A DNA stretch of 64,000 bases from Endomicrobiales bacterium (GTDB lineage Bacteria; Elusimicrobiota; Endomicrobiia; Endomicrobiales; CAWCFT01), in contig CAWCFT010000003.1 in the NCBI GenBank assembly GCA_963794945.1, forward strand, positions 59,473 to 123,472, given 5' to 3'. Each line of letters opens with the position of its first letter. The stretch's first letter is position 1. The notes beneath the pieces are model-generated. The model was not told the origin of the DNA, made no database searches, and was given only the letters and a program-made list of their open reading frames with translations. Shown in pieces: positions 11,522-19,915 of the stretch. The position numbers and the translations under genes are program-made.

Positions 11522-11887
11522 ATGAACAAAAAAGTCATGATAGTTGACGATGAACTTGATGTGAGGGATACAGTCGTTCGCAATCTTACGCTAAGAGGGC
11601 TGGAGGCTGTGTCCGCGTCCGGATATGAGGAATGCCTCGAACACCTTAAAGGCGGTTTTACGGGTGTCATCTTCATGGACCTGATCATGCCGAAGAAAGA
11701 CGGCTGGGATACGATACGCGAAATAGTAAAGCGCGGGTACGATAGTAAAGTCGTTATCGCTCTTCTTACCGCGAGCCTCGACCCCACCCCCGCCAAATCG
11801 GAAGGCCTGGTAAAATACGTAGCGGATTATGTGCACAAACCAACTGACCTTAACGAGATATTTGATACTGCAAAAAAGTATCTCTGA
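11522..11887 (+). CDS. Single-domain response regulator (CheY-like)
   Basis: VMIVDDE, FMDLIMPKKDG, LTA, KP motifs. Confidence 0.9.
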   Translation: MNKKVMIVDDELDVRDTVVRNLTLRGLEAVSASGYEECLEHLKGGFTGVIFMDLIMPKKDGWDTIREIVKRGYDSKVVIALLTASLDPTPAKSEGLVKYVADYVHKPTDLNEIFDTAKKYL

Positions 11888-11893
11888 CTTGTG

Positions 11894-12135
11894 TAATTCC
11901 GCCCAGCTTGCCGGGCAGTTACCTTGGGTTGGTAGTGCCCTAAAGGGTACTTCCAAAAGATATTCTAATAGTTGGTTGTCTTTGCGGGCGAAGCAGCTTG
12001 CCCGCCTGTATGTAGTGGCGGGAAGCAATCTCAAACAATATTGAAAGCGAACATCGAGATCGCCACGGCCATCTGCGATGGCCTCGCGAAGACAATCATT
12101 TGATACCGCCCAGTATGCAGGGCGGAGGTTTATTA
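11894..12135. repeat. ~240-bp structured intergenic element, copy A
   Basis: Homologous to 19614-19853 in the same orientation; multiple hairpins with compensatory changes between copies. Confidence 0.9.
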
Positions 12136-12151
12136 GTAAAGGAGCAAGTTT

Positions 12152-12727
12152 ATGGAGATCACGCAAGAACTAAGAAGTATAGTCAGCCCAGGCAAGACGG
12201 CGTTGTTGGTTTGGGACGTGCAGAACAGGCTGGTTAGCTCTATTTTTAACCGCGATGAGTTTTTGGCAAATACCAACAAGCTTATTGCCAGGGCTCGGGA
12301 GAAGGGGGTACCTGTAATATTTTCTAAGTCCACTCCCCTGCCGGACAAGTTCGCGTCGCCGGTTATGAAGTTTATCTGGCGGGAGCGTTTCAAGAAAATG
12401 GCGCAGGCGCCAAACGGGCAAGACCTGACTATTCCGGCGCTTGAAAATGATATTGTGATACCTAAAAATACCGCCAGTATGTTCGTCGGCACCAACTTTG
12501 AGCTTATACTCAGGAACGCCGGGCTTACAACCATTGTTTTTACCGGTATAGCCACTGAGTTTGGCGTGGAATCCAGCGCGCGCGACGCGTCAAACAGGGG
12601 CTTTTTTCCGGTTATCGCGACCGACGCTGTGTCCTCGTTTGACCAGGAAGCCCACAAGCGTTCGCTTGCGAACATGGCCAACATGATGATACTTTTAAGT
12701 AGTGATGAGATCGTTAAGCTGTGGTAA
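12152..12727 (+). CDS. Isochorismatase-family hydrolase
   Basis: ALLVWDVQN, IPKNTASMF, TGIATEFGVESSARDA, ATDAVSS. Confidence 0.9.
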   Translation: MEITQELRSIVSPGKTALLVWDVQNRLVSSIFNRDEFLANTNKLIARAREKGVPVIFSKSTPLPDKFASPVMKFIWRERFKKMAQAPNGQDLTIPALENDIVIPKNTASMFVGTNFELILRNAGLTTIVFTGIATEFGVESSARDASNRGFFPVIATDAVSSFDQEAHKRSLANMANMMILLSSDEIVKLW

Positions 12728-12799
12728 GTCCTGTTAGAGCGGTATAAACGAAAATACAGTCTCGGCATGGAGTCACCTATGAAAGAAAAAGTCAAGGTG

Positions 12800-13015
12800 A
12801 CAAAAAGTATCTCCGCAGTAGTTTCTAACTACTGATCTGTTCTGTTAAACAAGTTCTTTGGCCGTTCGCCCGCTTTGTATCGTAAGAAGCTCCGAAAATA
12901 TCCGGACTTCAGTCACCTATTGGCAGCTCTGCACTTGGCGGACTGCATGATAGAATCGGGCGACGCCCCTCCGCTAATCAGACTTGTTGAAGCTGTCAGC
13001 CTTGCGGCGGACACT
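12800..13015 (-). ncRNA. Putative bridge RNA/seekRNA in the IS 3' non-coding end (boundaries approximate)
   Basis: Hairpin-rich; contains AAGTCTGA and CATGCAGTC matching the reconstructed target flanks and ATAGGTGA matching the donor junction. Confidence 0.7.
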
Positions 13016-14041
13016 TCAGGCACCATTGAGCGCGAGGGACGCCGTAGTCCGTATATAATATGGCCGCTTATCTTTCAAAACTCGATACACAATTTTCAAT
13101 AAATCTCTGGCAAGAGCCACTCGCGCCACGTTGGGCGCTTTCCGTTTGGCTATAGCTTCATACTTTTCTGTTCGTTCAACGCTGCTCTTTGAAAAATGGT
13201 GAACTGCCTCAATCAATATCCACTGTAGGTGTTTACGCCGATTCTTATTTAAAGAACCGTGATATTCTTTGTCGGCGCTCTGGAATGTTCTCGGTGCAAG
13301 GCCTGCGTACGCGCAGAGGCGGTTAAATGTTGTAAAACGGCTAATATCGCCTATCTCGCTTTTAATAAGCAACGCACCAAAACTGCCTATCCCAGGAATA
13401 CTTTCAAGATTCCGCGCGTCGGGATCACTTTCGGCTATTGCATGTAGTTGCCACCCGATACGGTTTTCACGCGCATTCAAAGCGCCTATTTGCTCAATCC
13501 AGTTTTCTGCGGCAATCCGGCACGGTTCAGATAATTTGTTCACCGCAATACTATTCAATTGCTTCATTGAAGTATAGTCACCCGTTGACATCTGTCCATG
13601 GCGATCAAGCAGTGACTTTAACCGTGCTGTGTTCCGCGTTCGTTCACTGACAATGCTCATCCGGCAATGCAATAGTTCTTTAATAGCTCGTATCTTCTTG
13701 TCTGGCAGCTCTACTGTAGGTAAATAGCCCTTACGGAGCACATCGGCTATAAGCCGGGCATCTATCTTGTCTGTTTTCTTGTTTCGTTTTGTAAATGCTT
13801 TCAGCTCGTACGAATTCGCCAGGTATACTTTATCAGCATATTCTTCGGCGAGATCAACGAAATAGTACCAATTGTAAGTCGTTTCAACTGCAAGCGTAAA
13901 TGGTCGTGGGAGCGTTTTATAATATGATCGCAACACTTCTGGCAAATTTGCTATACTCTGGCTGTCAATCCGTTTGCCCTGCTCGTTCGTCACGTAAAAC
14001 CAAGAACGCTCTTTGTGCAAGTCTACACCAACATAATTCAT
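13016..14041 (-). CDS. IS110 family transposase/recombinase (DEDD RuvC-like plus Tnp20 domain)
   Basis: YVGVDLHK, AVETT, KTDKIDA, SIPGIG, AYAGLAPRTFQSA; RBS GAGGAGG before the ATG at 14041. Confidence 0.95.
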   Translation of the reverse strand: MNYVGVDLHKERSWFYVTNEQGKRIDSQSIANLPEVLRSYYKTLPRPFTLAVETTYNWYYFVDLAEEYADKVYLANSYELKAFTKRNKKTDKIDARLIADVLRKGYLPTVELPDKKIRAIKELLHCRMSIVSERTRNTARLKSLLDRHGQMSTGDYTSMKQLNSIAVNKLSEPCRIAAENWIEQIGALNARENRIGWQLHAIAESDPDARNLESIPGIGSFGALLIKSEIGDISRFTTFNRLCAYAGLAPRTFQSADKEYHGSLNKNRRKHLQWILIEAVHHFSKSSVERTEKYEAIAKRKAPNVARVALARDLLKIVYRVLKDKRPYYIRTTASLALNGA

Positions 14042-14146
14042 GGCAACCTCCTCGTTTTGTCTTATTGCTCGATACAATAAGTTTAACAAAACTAGATGGA
14101 GGTTGCTTTCATATTATCAGGCTTAGCGTAGAGGTAATGGAAAAAC

Positions 14147-14551
14147 ATGAAGAATAATATAGCTATACTTCGCATTAGTTATTGGTTCGGAGCTATTCTC
14201 GATGGCATTATGGTCATTCCGATGTTATTTCCAAATATTGGCGGAATAATGTTTGGAATAAATAATTTTCATCCGGGTAATGATTATAAGTACGCAATGA
14301 TGATAGGCGCTTCATTAATGTTGGGTTGGGCTATCTTGCTGTTATGGGCCGACAGGAAACCGCTTGAACGTAAAGGTGTAATCCTGATAACCATGTTTCC
14401 GGTTGTAACAGGCATGATACTGTCCGGTGTCTATGCTGTAAGTACCGGGCTGATAAGAATAGAAAAGATGGCCCCGACCTGGATACTTCAAGCGGTTCTT
14501 CTGCTATTATTTATGTACGGTTATTTTTCGGCTTGCAAAGAGACTGCATAA
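14147..14551 (+). CDS. Four-TM membrane protein of unknown function
   Basis: Four hydrophobic segments; GASLMLGWAILLLWADRKPLERKG. Confidence 0.75.
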   Translation: MKNNIAILRISYWFGAILDGIMVIPMLFPNIGGIMFGINNFHPGNDYKYAMMIGASLMLGWAILLLWADRKPLERKGVILITMFPVVTGMILSGVYAVSTGLIRIEKMAPTWILQAVLLLLFMYGYFSACKETA

Positions 14552-14573
14552 ATTCAGATAAAAAGAGGCACAT

Positions 14574-14975
14574 ATGAAACTTAGAATTGAAATTCCAAAG
14601 GGGCGGGGGCTGGAATACAAAATTGCCGTGGCCACGCTTAAAAAGGCTGACATCTATCAAATAACCACAACCAAAAACGGGACATTTCATAGCGGCGACT
14701 TCGATACTATCAATGATGAACTTTTCGTTGTGTGCCTGTTTTGTTCCATGCTGGATACCTCGCGCTTCTTTGTAGAAGGCAAGCCCAGCTCCAACGTAGA
14801 GGCGCTCAGTTTTTTAAGGGAGCAGGTGTTCAAAGGCGGGGATGAAAAAGGGATGTGGAGCCTGGATGTAAATATAGACTTTAAAAAAGGCATCACGTCG
14901 TGTTTCGTTGGCCGCAAGAAAACAGGTGATGAGCTTCTGCAGGAGATAAAGGCTCAGATCAATCGCCTTAAGTAA
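14574..14975 (+). CDS. Hypothetical protein
   Basis: RBS AGAGG, 133-aa ORF, co-oriented with neighbours. Confidence 0.6.
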   Translation: MKLRIEIPKGRGLEYKIAVATLKKADIYQITTTKNGTFHSGDFDTINDELFVVCLFCSMLDTSRFFVEGKPSSNVEALSFLREQVFKGGDEKGMWSLDVNIDFKKGITSCFVGRKKTGDELLQEIKAQINRLK

Positions 14976-15003
14976 GTTGCCGGTCTGGTTGTGCCCCCCT
15001 GCT

Positions 15004-15093
15004 TGTCATATCGAATCCCGCTGTTGCGGGTGAGAGATCTGTTGTTCGCACGGCAGAAGATTTCTCTCCCGCCCTGGCGGGATCGAAATGACA
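15004..15093. repeat. REP-like palindromic element (GTCAT...ATGAC family)
   Basis: Ends TGTCATATCG and CGAAATGACA are inverted; reverse complement matches 21755-21790 at 35/36 nt. Confidence 0.85.
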
Positions 15094-15121
15094 GAAGTGG
15101 CTTGGCTTAACCCGTTAAACC

Positions 15122-15676
15122 ATGAACTACATATTCGTCCTCATCATCTACCTCATCTGGTTCATCGTTGCCGTATACCTTACAATCGCCGCGCTAGGCG
15201 CGAAGCCCGAACCCAACAGGCGCCTGGGCCAGAGCTTTGGCCTGCTGTTCGGCATCATAGCCGCCTTCCTCATTCCCCGCCTGCACGTATTCAACTTTCT
15301 TAGATATCCCGCGCCAGGCAATGTTGTAACCGGCATAGGCGCAGCGCTGTGCGCCCTGGGCATGGCCCTGCTGGTTTGGGGGCGGCAAAGCCTTGGCAGG
15401 AACTGGAGCCAAACCGTATCTGTTAAGCAGAAGCCGGAACTTGTAACTTCCGGGCCTTACCATTGGGTGCATCACCCCATATACGCGGGCGGACTTGTGG
15501 CGAGCCTGGGCTCTGCTGTAGCCTGCCGCGGAGGCTGGATATTCCTTTTTTTAATTCTGGGGTCCATATTTATATTGCGGATATTCGCGGAAGACAGGCT
15601 GATGGCCAGCCAATTCCCTAGCGATTACCCGGCCTACAAGAAGCGCACCTGGGCGCTTATACCGTTCATTTGGTAG
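15122..15676 (+). CDS. Isoprenylcysteine carboxyl methyltransferase family membrane protein
   Basis: LGRNWS, LVTSGPYHWVHHPIYAG, EDRLM...YPAYKKRT..LIPF. Confidence 0.9.
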   Translation: MNYIFVLIIYLIWFIVAVYLTIAALGAKPEPNRRLGQSFGLLFGIIAAFLIPRLHVFNFLRYPAPGNVVTGIGAALCALGMALLVWGRQSLGRNWSQTVSVKQKPELVTSGPYHWVHHPIYAGGLVASLGSAVACRGGWIFLFLILGSIFILRIFAEDRLMASQFPSDYPAYKKRTWALIPFIW

Positions 15677-15863
15677 GGCAATAGCCCGCAGGCAAGACAG
15701 CAATTAATATTGTAAATTCAATCAGTTCTACGAATTGTTATTGAATGCGTGATAAAATCTTGACAAAACTACGACAAAAACTAAATAAATTTGTGACAAA
15801 AACGTAATAAGATAGTAACAAGATTTTAACAAGACATGAAGATCGATCAAAAGGAGGGTTTAC

Positions 15864-16481
15864 ATGGCTGAAATGAAGGGCATCGGAATGGTTAAGAAGA
15901 GCGATATATTGCTCAGAGGTATCAAGAACAGGCCATTGATAGAAGACATGCTAAAGCAGTTAAAAGATAATAAAGACCCGGAATATGTTTATGAAATAGA
16001 AACAGCGGCAGCAACGAAAGAAGAGGTTCAAAAAGACTTAAGGGAGTTGAAATACGATTTAAGTAAACTTTGCAAGAGCAGCGAGACCGGCAAGATAGTG
16101 TTCACTATAACCGATTGCGGCAATAACAAGTTCTGCATATCTGCGGCTATAAACAACAAACCTAACAAACCAAAGCCGGCAAATAAAAAAAAGAGCGATC
16201 ATGAAAAGGTTCCGCAAACCGTTGCGCAGCCCGTTCAAAAGCAGCCGCAAACTGTTCAAGAATATAAAGAGCAGATGCTGAAACAGGTTGAAGAAACGCC
16301 TGTCCAGGCATTACCTGTATTTTTAACGCAGCAACAAACCATGCTTGCGGTACAACAACAACAGCTTTCTGTGCCGGATATAAAAGAAGAGGACGCGGCA
16401 AAGGCCAAAGAAAAGATACAAGCGCTTCAGGAAATAATTGAAGCAATCAAATTAAAGCAAGCACGAAATCCTAATATCTAA
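15864..16481 (+). CDS. Hypothetical protein with Gln-rich C-terminal half
   Basis: Strong RBS AAGGAGG; 205-aa ORF. Confidence 0.65.
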   Translation: MAEMKGIGMVKKSDILLRGIKNRPLIEDMLKQLKDNKDPEYVYEIETAAATKEEVQKDLRELKYDLSKLCKSSETGKIVFTITDCGNNKFCISAAINNKPNKPKPANKKKSDHEKVPQTVAQPVQKQPQTVQEYKEQMLKQVEETPVQALPVFLTQQQTMLAVQQQQLSVPDIKEEDAAKAKEKIQALQEIIEAIKLKQARNPNI

Positions 16482-16799
16482 ATCCGAAAAAATATTCAAA
16501 ACTCAAATATAGTTGTTTTGTCTTTTTTGAATTTGTCTATTGGTCTGCCACGTTAAACCCCCCAAGCTCCTGCTTGGTGATGGATTGGCGGTCGCCGAAG
16601 GCGAAACTTAGGTTGTTGGCGTAGTAAAAGAAGCCGTCTGCTCCTGCTGGCGGAGTTTCACCTGTTTGATATTGTTTAGGAATTCGGTATTCGTGCCTAG
16701 AAATTGCTTGTTAAAGCTCTGGAGCTGCAATGGCAAGGTAATTCGGTATGGAGGCAAGAAGTTGGTTAAAACGTTAAGTATCATCAGCCCAGCTGCCCC

Positions 16800-16849
16800 T
16801 TGACAAACCCCGGCATTTTGATTAAAATATATTTGTAATACAATGTATT
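16800..16849 (+). promoter_or_regulatory. TA operon promoter with putative operator palindrome
   Basis: TTGACA-N17-TAAAAT (16800-16828); AATACA-A-TGTATT (16837-16849). Confidence 0.7.
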
Positions 16850-16865
16850 TCATTGAGGTGAAATT

Positions 16866-17087
16866 ATGAAGAGCGTATTTTCGATAAGGTTGACCGAGTT
16901 TGAGAGAAAAGAGCTCGGCCAGATAAGCAAAGAAGATAAATCCCCCGTGGGGAAATTGATAAGAGAATCTATAGACCGGTTTATAGCGGTTAAAAGGTTC
17001 AGACAGTTAAGAAAAAAGGGAATGGCTTTCGCGGAAAAGAAGGGAATTTATACGGATGAAGACGCCTTCAAGGCCTTTGAAAGATGA
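16866..17087 (+). CDS. Ribbon-helix-helix (CopG-like) antitoxin
   Basis: SVFSIRL...LIRESIDRF...GIYTDED; overlaps the PIN gene (ATGA). Confidence 0.8.
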   Translation: MKSVFSIRLTEFERKELGQISKEDKSPVGKLIRESIDRFIAVKRFRQLRKKGMAFAEKKGIYTDEDAFKAFER

Positions 17088-17482
17088 GGATCGTAATAGA
17101 TTCAAACGTTCTTTTTTCCGCTTTTGTCGCCAGAGGTATCTGCGCTGAGATAGTCGAATCGGTATTAATGAGGCACGATTTGATAATATGCGAAGAGATA
17201 CTGGCTGAACTGAAAAGAAATCTGTCTAAAAAAGCCGGCGCGCCCGGCTCAGTAATTGAAGAATACATTAAGTTGCTGAAAATGTATTCGGTTGTCCATA
17301 AGCCCTGTAGTGTTGAAATTAATGCCTGCAGGGATAAGGATGACTTAATGGTTCTTGGCACGGCGGACGCCGGCAATGCCGATGTTATTATTACAGGCGA
17401 TAATGACCTTCTGTCGGTAAAAACTTACAAAAACATTAACATACTGAGCCCAAGGGACTCAATAAAACTTTTAAAAACATAA
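17084..17482 (+). CDS. PIN-domain toxin of a putative type II TA system
   Basis: RIVIDSNVLFSA, CRDKDDLMVL, IITGDNDLL. Confidence 0.9.
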   Translation: MRIVIDSNVLFSAFVARGICAEIVESVLMRHDLIICEEILAELKRNLSKKAGAPGSVIEEYIKLLKMYSVVHKPCSVEINACRDKDDLMVLGTADAGNADVIITGDNDLLSVKTYKNINILSPRDSIKLLKT

Positions 17483-17646
17483 AACATTCCTTTGTTCCTG
17501 TTTGTCAATCTTAAATACCCAGCCAATAACCCAGCATCTCCCGTCTATTATTTAAATCATTTTACTTTGAAAGAGCTTATTATATTTGGTATAATTTTTG
17601 AGGCTTTGGGAAAAATGATTATCTTCCGTATAAAAGGGGAATCCGA

Positions 17647-18767
17647 ATGAAAAACATTTATATTTTAGCGCTCGCGCTGGTATTTCTCTCGCGGCTCCTG
17701 CGCACGCGGGCAGAATATATACTGTAGCCGTGGCCGATTTTGAAGCCCAGAACATGTCGGGGTACGATTCCATGGCGATAAGCGAGTTTTTCAGGAGCGG
17801 GATGGTCAACGCCGGCCTCTGCAGGATAATCAGCCGGGGCAGTATGGAAACCGTGCTAGCAGAGCAAAGATTCCAAATGAGCGGCTGCACCGAGCAGGAC
17901 TGTGTGGTTAAAATGGGCAAGCTGTTGAATGCCGAAAAAATAATTTCCGGAAAGATAGTGAGCTTTAACGAGGAATACTACATAAACGCAAAAGTAATAG
18001 ATGTCGAAACAGGAGAGATACAGTATTCGGAACAGATTAAGTGCAAAGACAAAGCCGAAATGCCAAAAAAAGCCGAGGAACTCGCGTGGACGGTCTCGGA
18101 ATGCGTATCAAAAAAGAAACCATTTTTTAGGGAAATTCAAGAAGGACGTAAAAAATTTGCTATTTATGCCTGTGGGGTAACACCATTTATAAGTATTCCA
18201 GCAACTACTCAAAAATTTGTCGGTACACAAGATATGAACGTCAAAATTGACGGCTCGCAATTTCCATTGCTCAATAGTGGGGTAGGTATCAAGATATTGC
18301 CATGGAAAAATATCTGCGCAGATATATCAGTTATGAATGATTTGACACAATATATTAATGTCAATCAAAAATCGCTGTCTAATTCATTCTCAAATAATGC
18401 AACCGCTTCTTTCAAGAATTGCAATACATTGTACAATTTATCTTATATTTTTCTTCCAGAGAATAGATTGAGCTATACGGTTGGAGGTGGTATCGATAAG
18501 GCGGCTATGAGTTGGGGATATGATTCCTTCAACTCGAACAACGGTTACTGGTTAAGGCTTTTGGATAGCCACCTTGAAACTATATACTTCCTTAGCATTG
18601 GGGTTGAATATAAATTGTATGATAGTATAAGTGTTTCATTAAGCTCGTTATATTTGGTAAATAATTACAATACAATCGATTTAAATGGGGGCGGTAACAT
18701 ATTAGAGCTCAAACCGCAGTCGCCTTTAGTTTTTAAACTTTCAGCTGCTTACCACTTCAATTTCTAA
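17647..18767 (+). CDS. Secreted CsgG/HfaB-like domain protein with C-terminal beta-barrel-like region (frameshift in signal peptide near 17685)
   Basis: VAVADF...RIISRGSMETVLAEQRFQMSGCT..CVVKMGKLLNAEKIISG..VIDVETGEI; C-terminus ends YHFNF. Confidence 0.75.
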
Positions 18768-18846
18768 TTTTTTTGAAAATACACAGAGCATATTTTAATC
18801 TGTGTAACCTTTTTTGTTATCTGAATATTCAAGGCCGCGAAGCGGC

Positions 18847-19587
18847 CTAAATCTCTTCGATGTACTTTTTCTCTATCCAGCCTTTAAGGCCTTCGCTCTT
18901 TAGGCCCACAGCAATCCAATCGTCTTTCGCGCCGAGTATCATCAGTTTGCGGCCTTCGGGGAGGGTGAAACCAACCGAGTTCTCGCTGCCCGGGCCGTTG
19001 CGCACGTTTGCGGGGCCAGCTATAACTATCGCCTCGTGATTTAAAACTTCCTGATTGATCTTAATAACCAGCCAGCCTGCAAATACAACCACAAGTGAGA
19101 CCAGGACGATATTCAATATAAGTATGCCCTGCTGTTTTAGAATAGTATAAAATATTATCCCAAATATGAGCAGGAAGAATAGTGCCGAACAAAGCACTGT
19201 CAGCTCGTTTAGCGATATAAGGTTGTTGAGAGCCGTGAACATTATTTCGGGGAACGGCTCACCCGGTTCTTTTACCAGCGTGCGCATGAAGTTGAGGTTG
19301 AAACGTATGTCGGAGTCGCGGGGTTTGAGCCTTGCCGCCCGCTCGTACATGAGCACTGCCCTGCCTGTCCTCTGCGTCCTGTAATACGAGTTCCCGAGGT
19401 TATAGTAGAGCGCCGCGTTTACGCCGCTCTGCGCGAGTATGCTTTCATATATATCGGCGGCTTTGTTGAACTGCCCCTTGGAATAAAGGCCGTTTGCCTG
19501 GTTAAAAAGCGCAAGAGGGCTATCCTGCGACGCGAAAGCGCCCGCCGCGCAAAGTATAAAAGTGAACATAAATAATAAACGTTTCAT
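18847..19587 (-). CDS. batE: BatE-like TPR plus SH3 protein
   Basis: Signal peptide, TPR (YYNLGNSYY), two TM, SH3-like VRNGPG...GWI; last gene of the bat operon. Confidence 0.8.
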   Translation of the reverse strand: MKRLLFMFTFILCAAGAFASQDSPLALFNQANGLYSKGQFNKAADIYESILAQSGVNAALYYNLGNSYYRTQRTGRAVLMYERAARLKPRDSDIRFNLNFMRTLVKEPGEPFPEIMFTALNNLISLNELTVLCSALFFLLIFGIIFYTILKQQGILILNIVLVSLVVVFAGWLVIKINQEVLNHEAIVIAGPANVRNGPGSENSVGFTLPEGRKLMILGAKDDWIAVGLKSEGLKGWIEKKYIEEI

Positions 19588-19613
19588 GATAAGGCCTTGA
19601 CCTCTATTTTGCA

Positions 19614-19853
19614 TAATTCCACCCAGGTTGCTAGGCAGTTGTATTGATTTGGTTGCGCTCTAAAGGGCGCTCCCAAAAGATATTCTAATAGTTGGTCATC
19701 TTTGCGAGCGAAGCAGCTTGCCCGCCTGTATGTAGTGGCGGGAAGCAATCTCAAAATACTTAAAACGAACATCGAGATCGCCACGGTCATCTGCGATGAC
19801 CTCGCGAAGACAATCATTTGATACCACCCTGCTTGCTGCGCGTAGGTTCATTA
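19614..19853. repeat. ~240-bp structured intergenic element, copy B
   Basis: Homologous to 11894-12135. Confidence 0.9.
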
Positions 19854-19915
19854 AATACTTCTAAGAACTGTAATCAATGTAATCTCTGCAAAAATCTGTG
19901 TAATCGTTTTTCCGC

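Larger units (their letters stand above)
12773..14119 (-). mobile_element. IS110-family (IS1111-type) insertion sequence
   Basis: Transposase gene; sub-terminal inverted repeats TATGAAAG (12778-12785) and CTTTCATA (14106-14113); TCA at both ends (12773-75 and 14117-19); long 3' non-coding end. Confidence 0.85.

Noticed and set aside
12540..12590. Missing catalytic Cys in the isochorismatase (GIATEFGVES)
   Set aside because: Gly at this position is common in YecD-like members of the family; not unusual
8151..16481. Integron cassette array (many short co-oriented genes plus an IS1111-type element)
   Set aside because: No integrase in the window, and I could not find RYYYAAC...GTTRRRY attC structures after the genes
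11894..19853. Composite transposon bounded by the two 240-bp direct repeats
   Set aside because: Copy B lies inside the bat operon (between batD and batE), the copies are diverged, and no target duplication was seen
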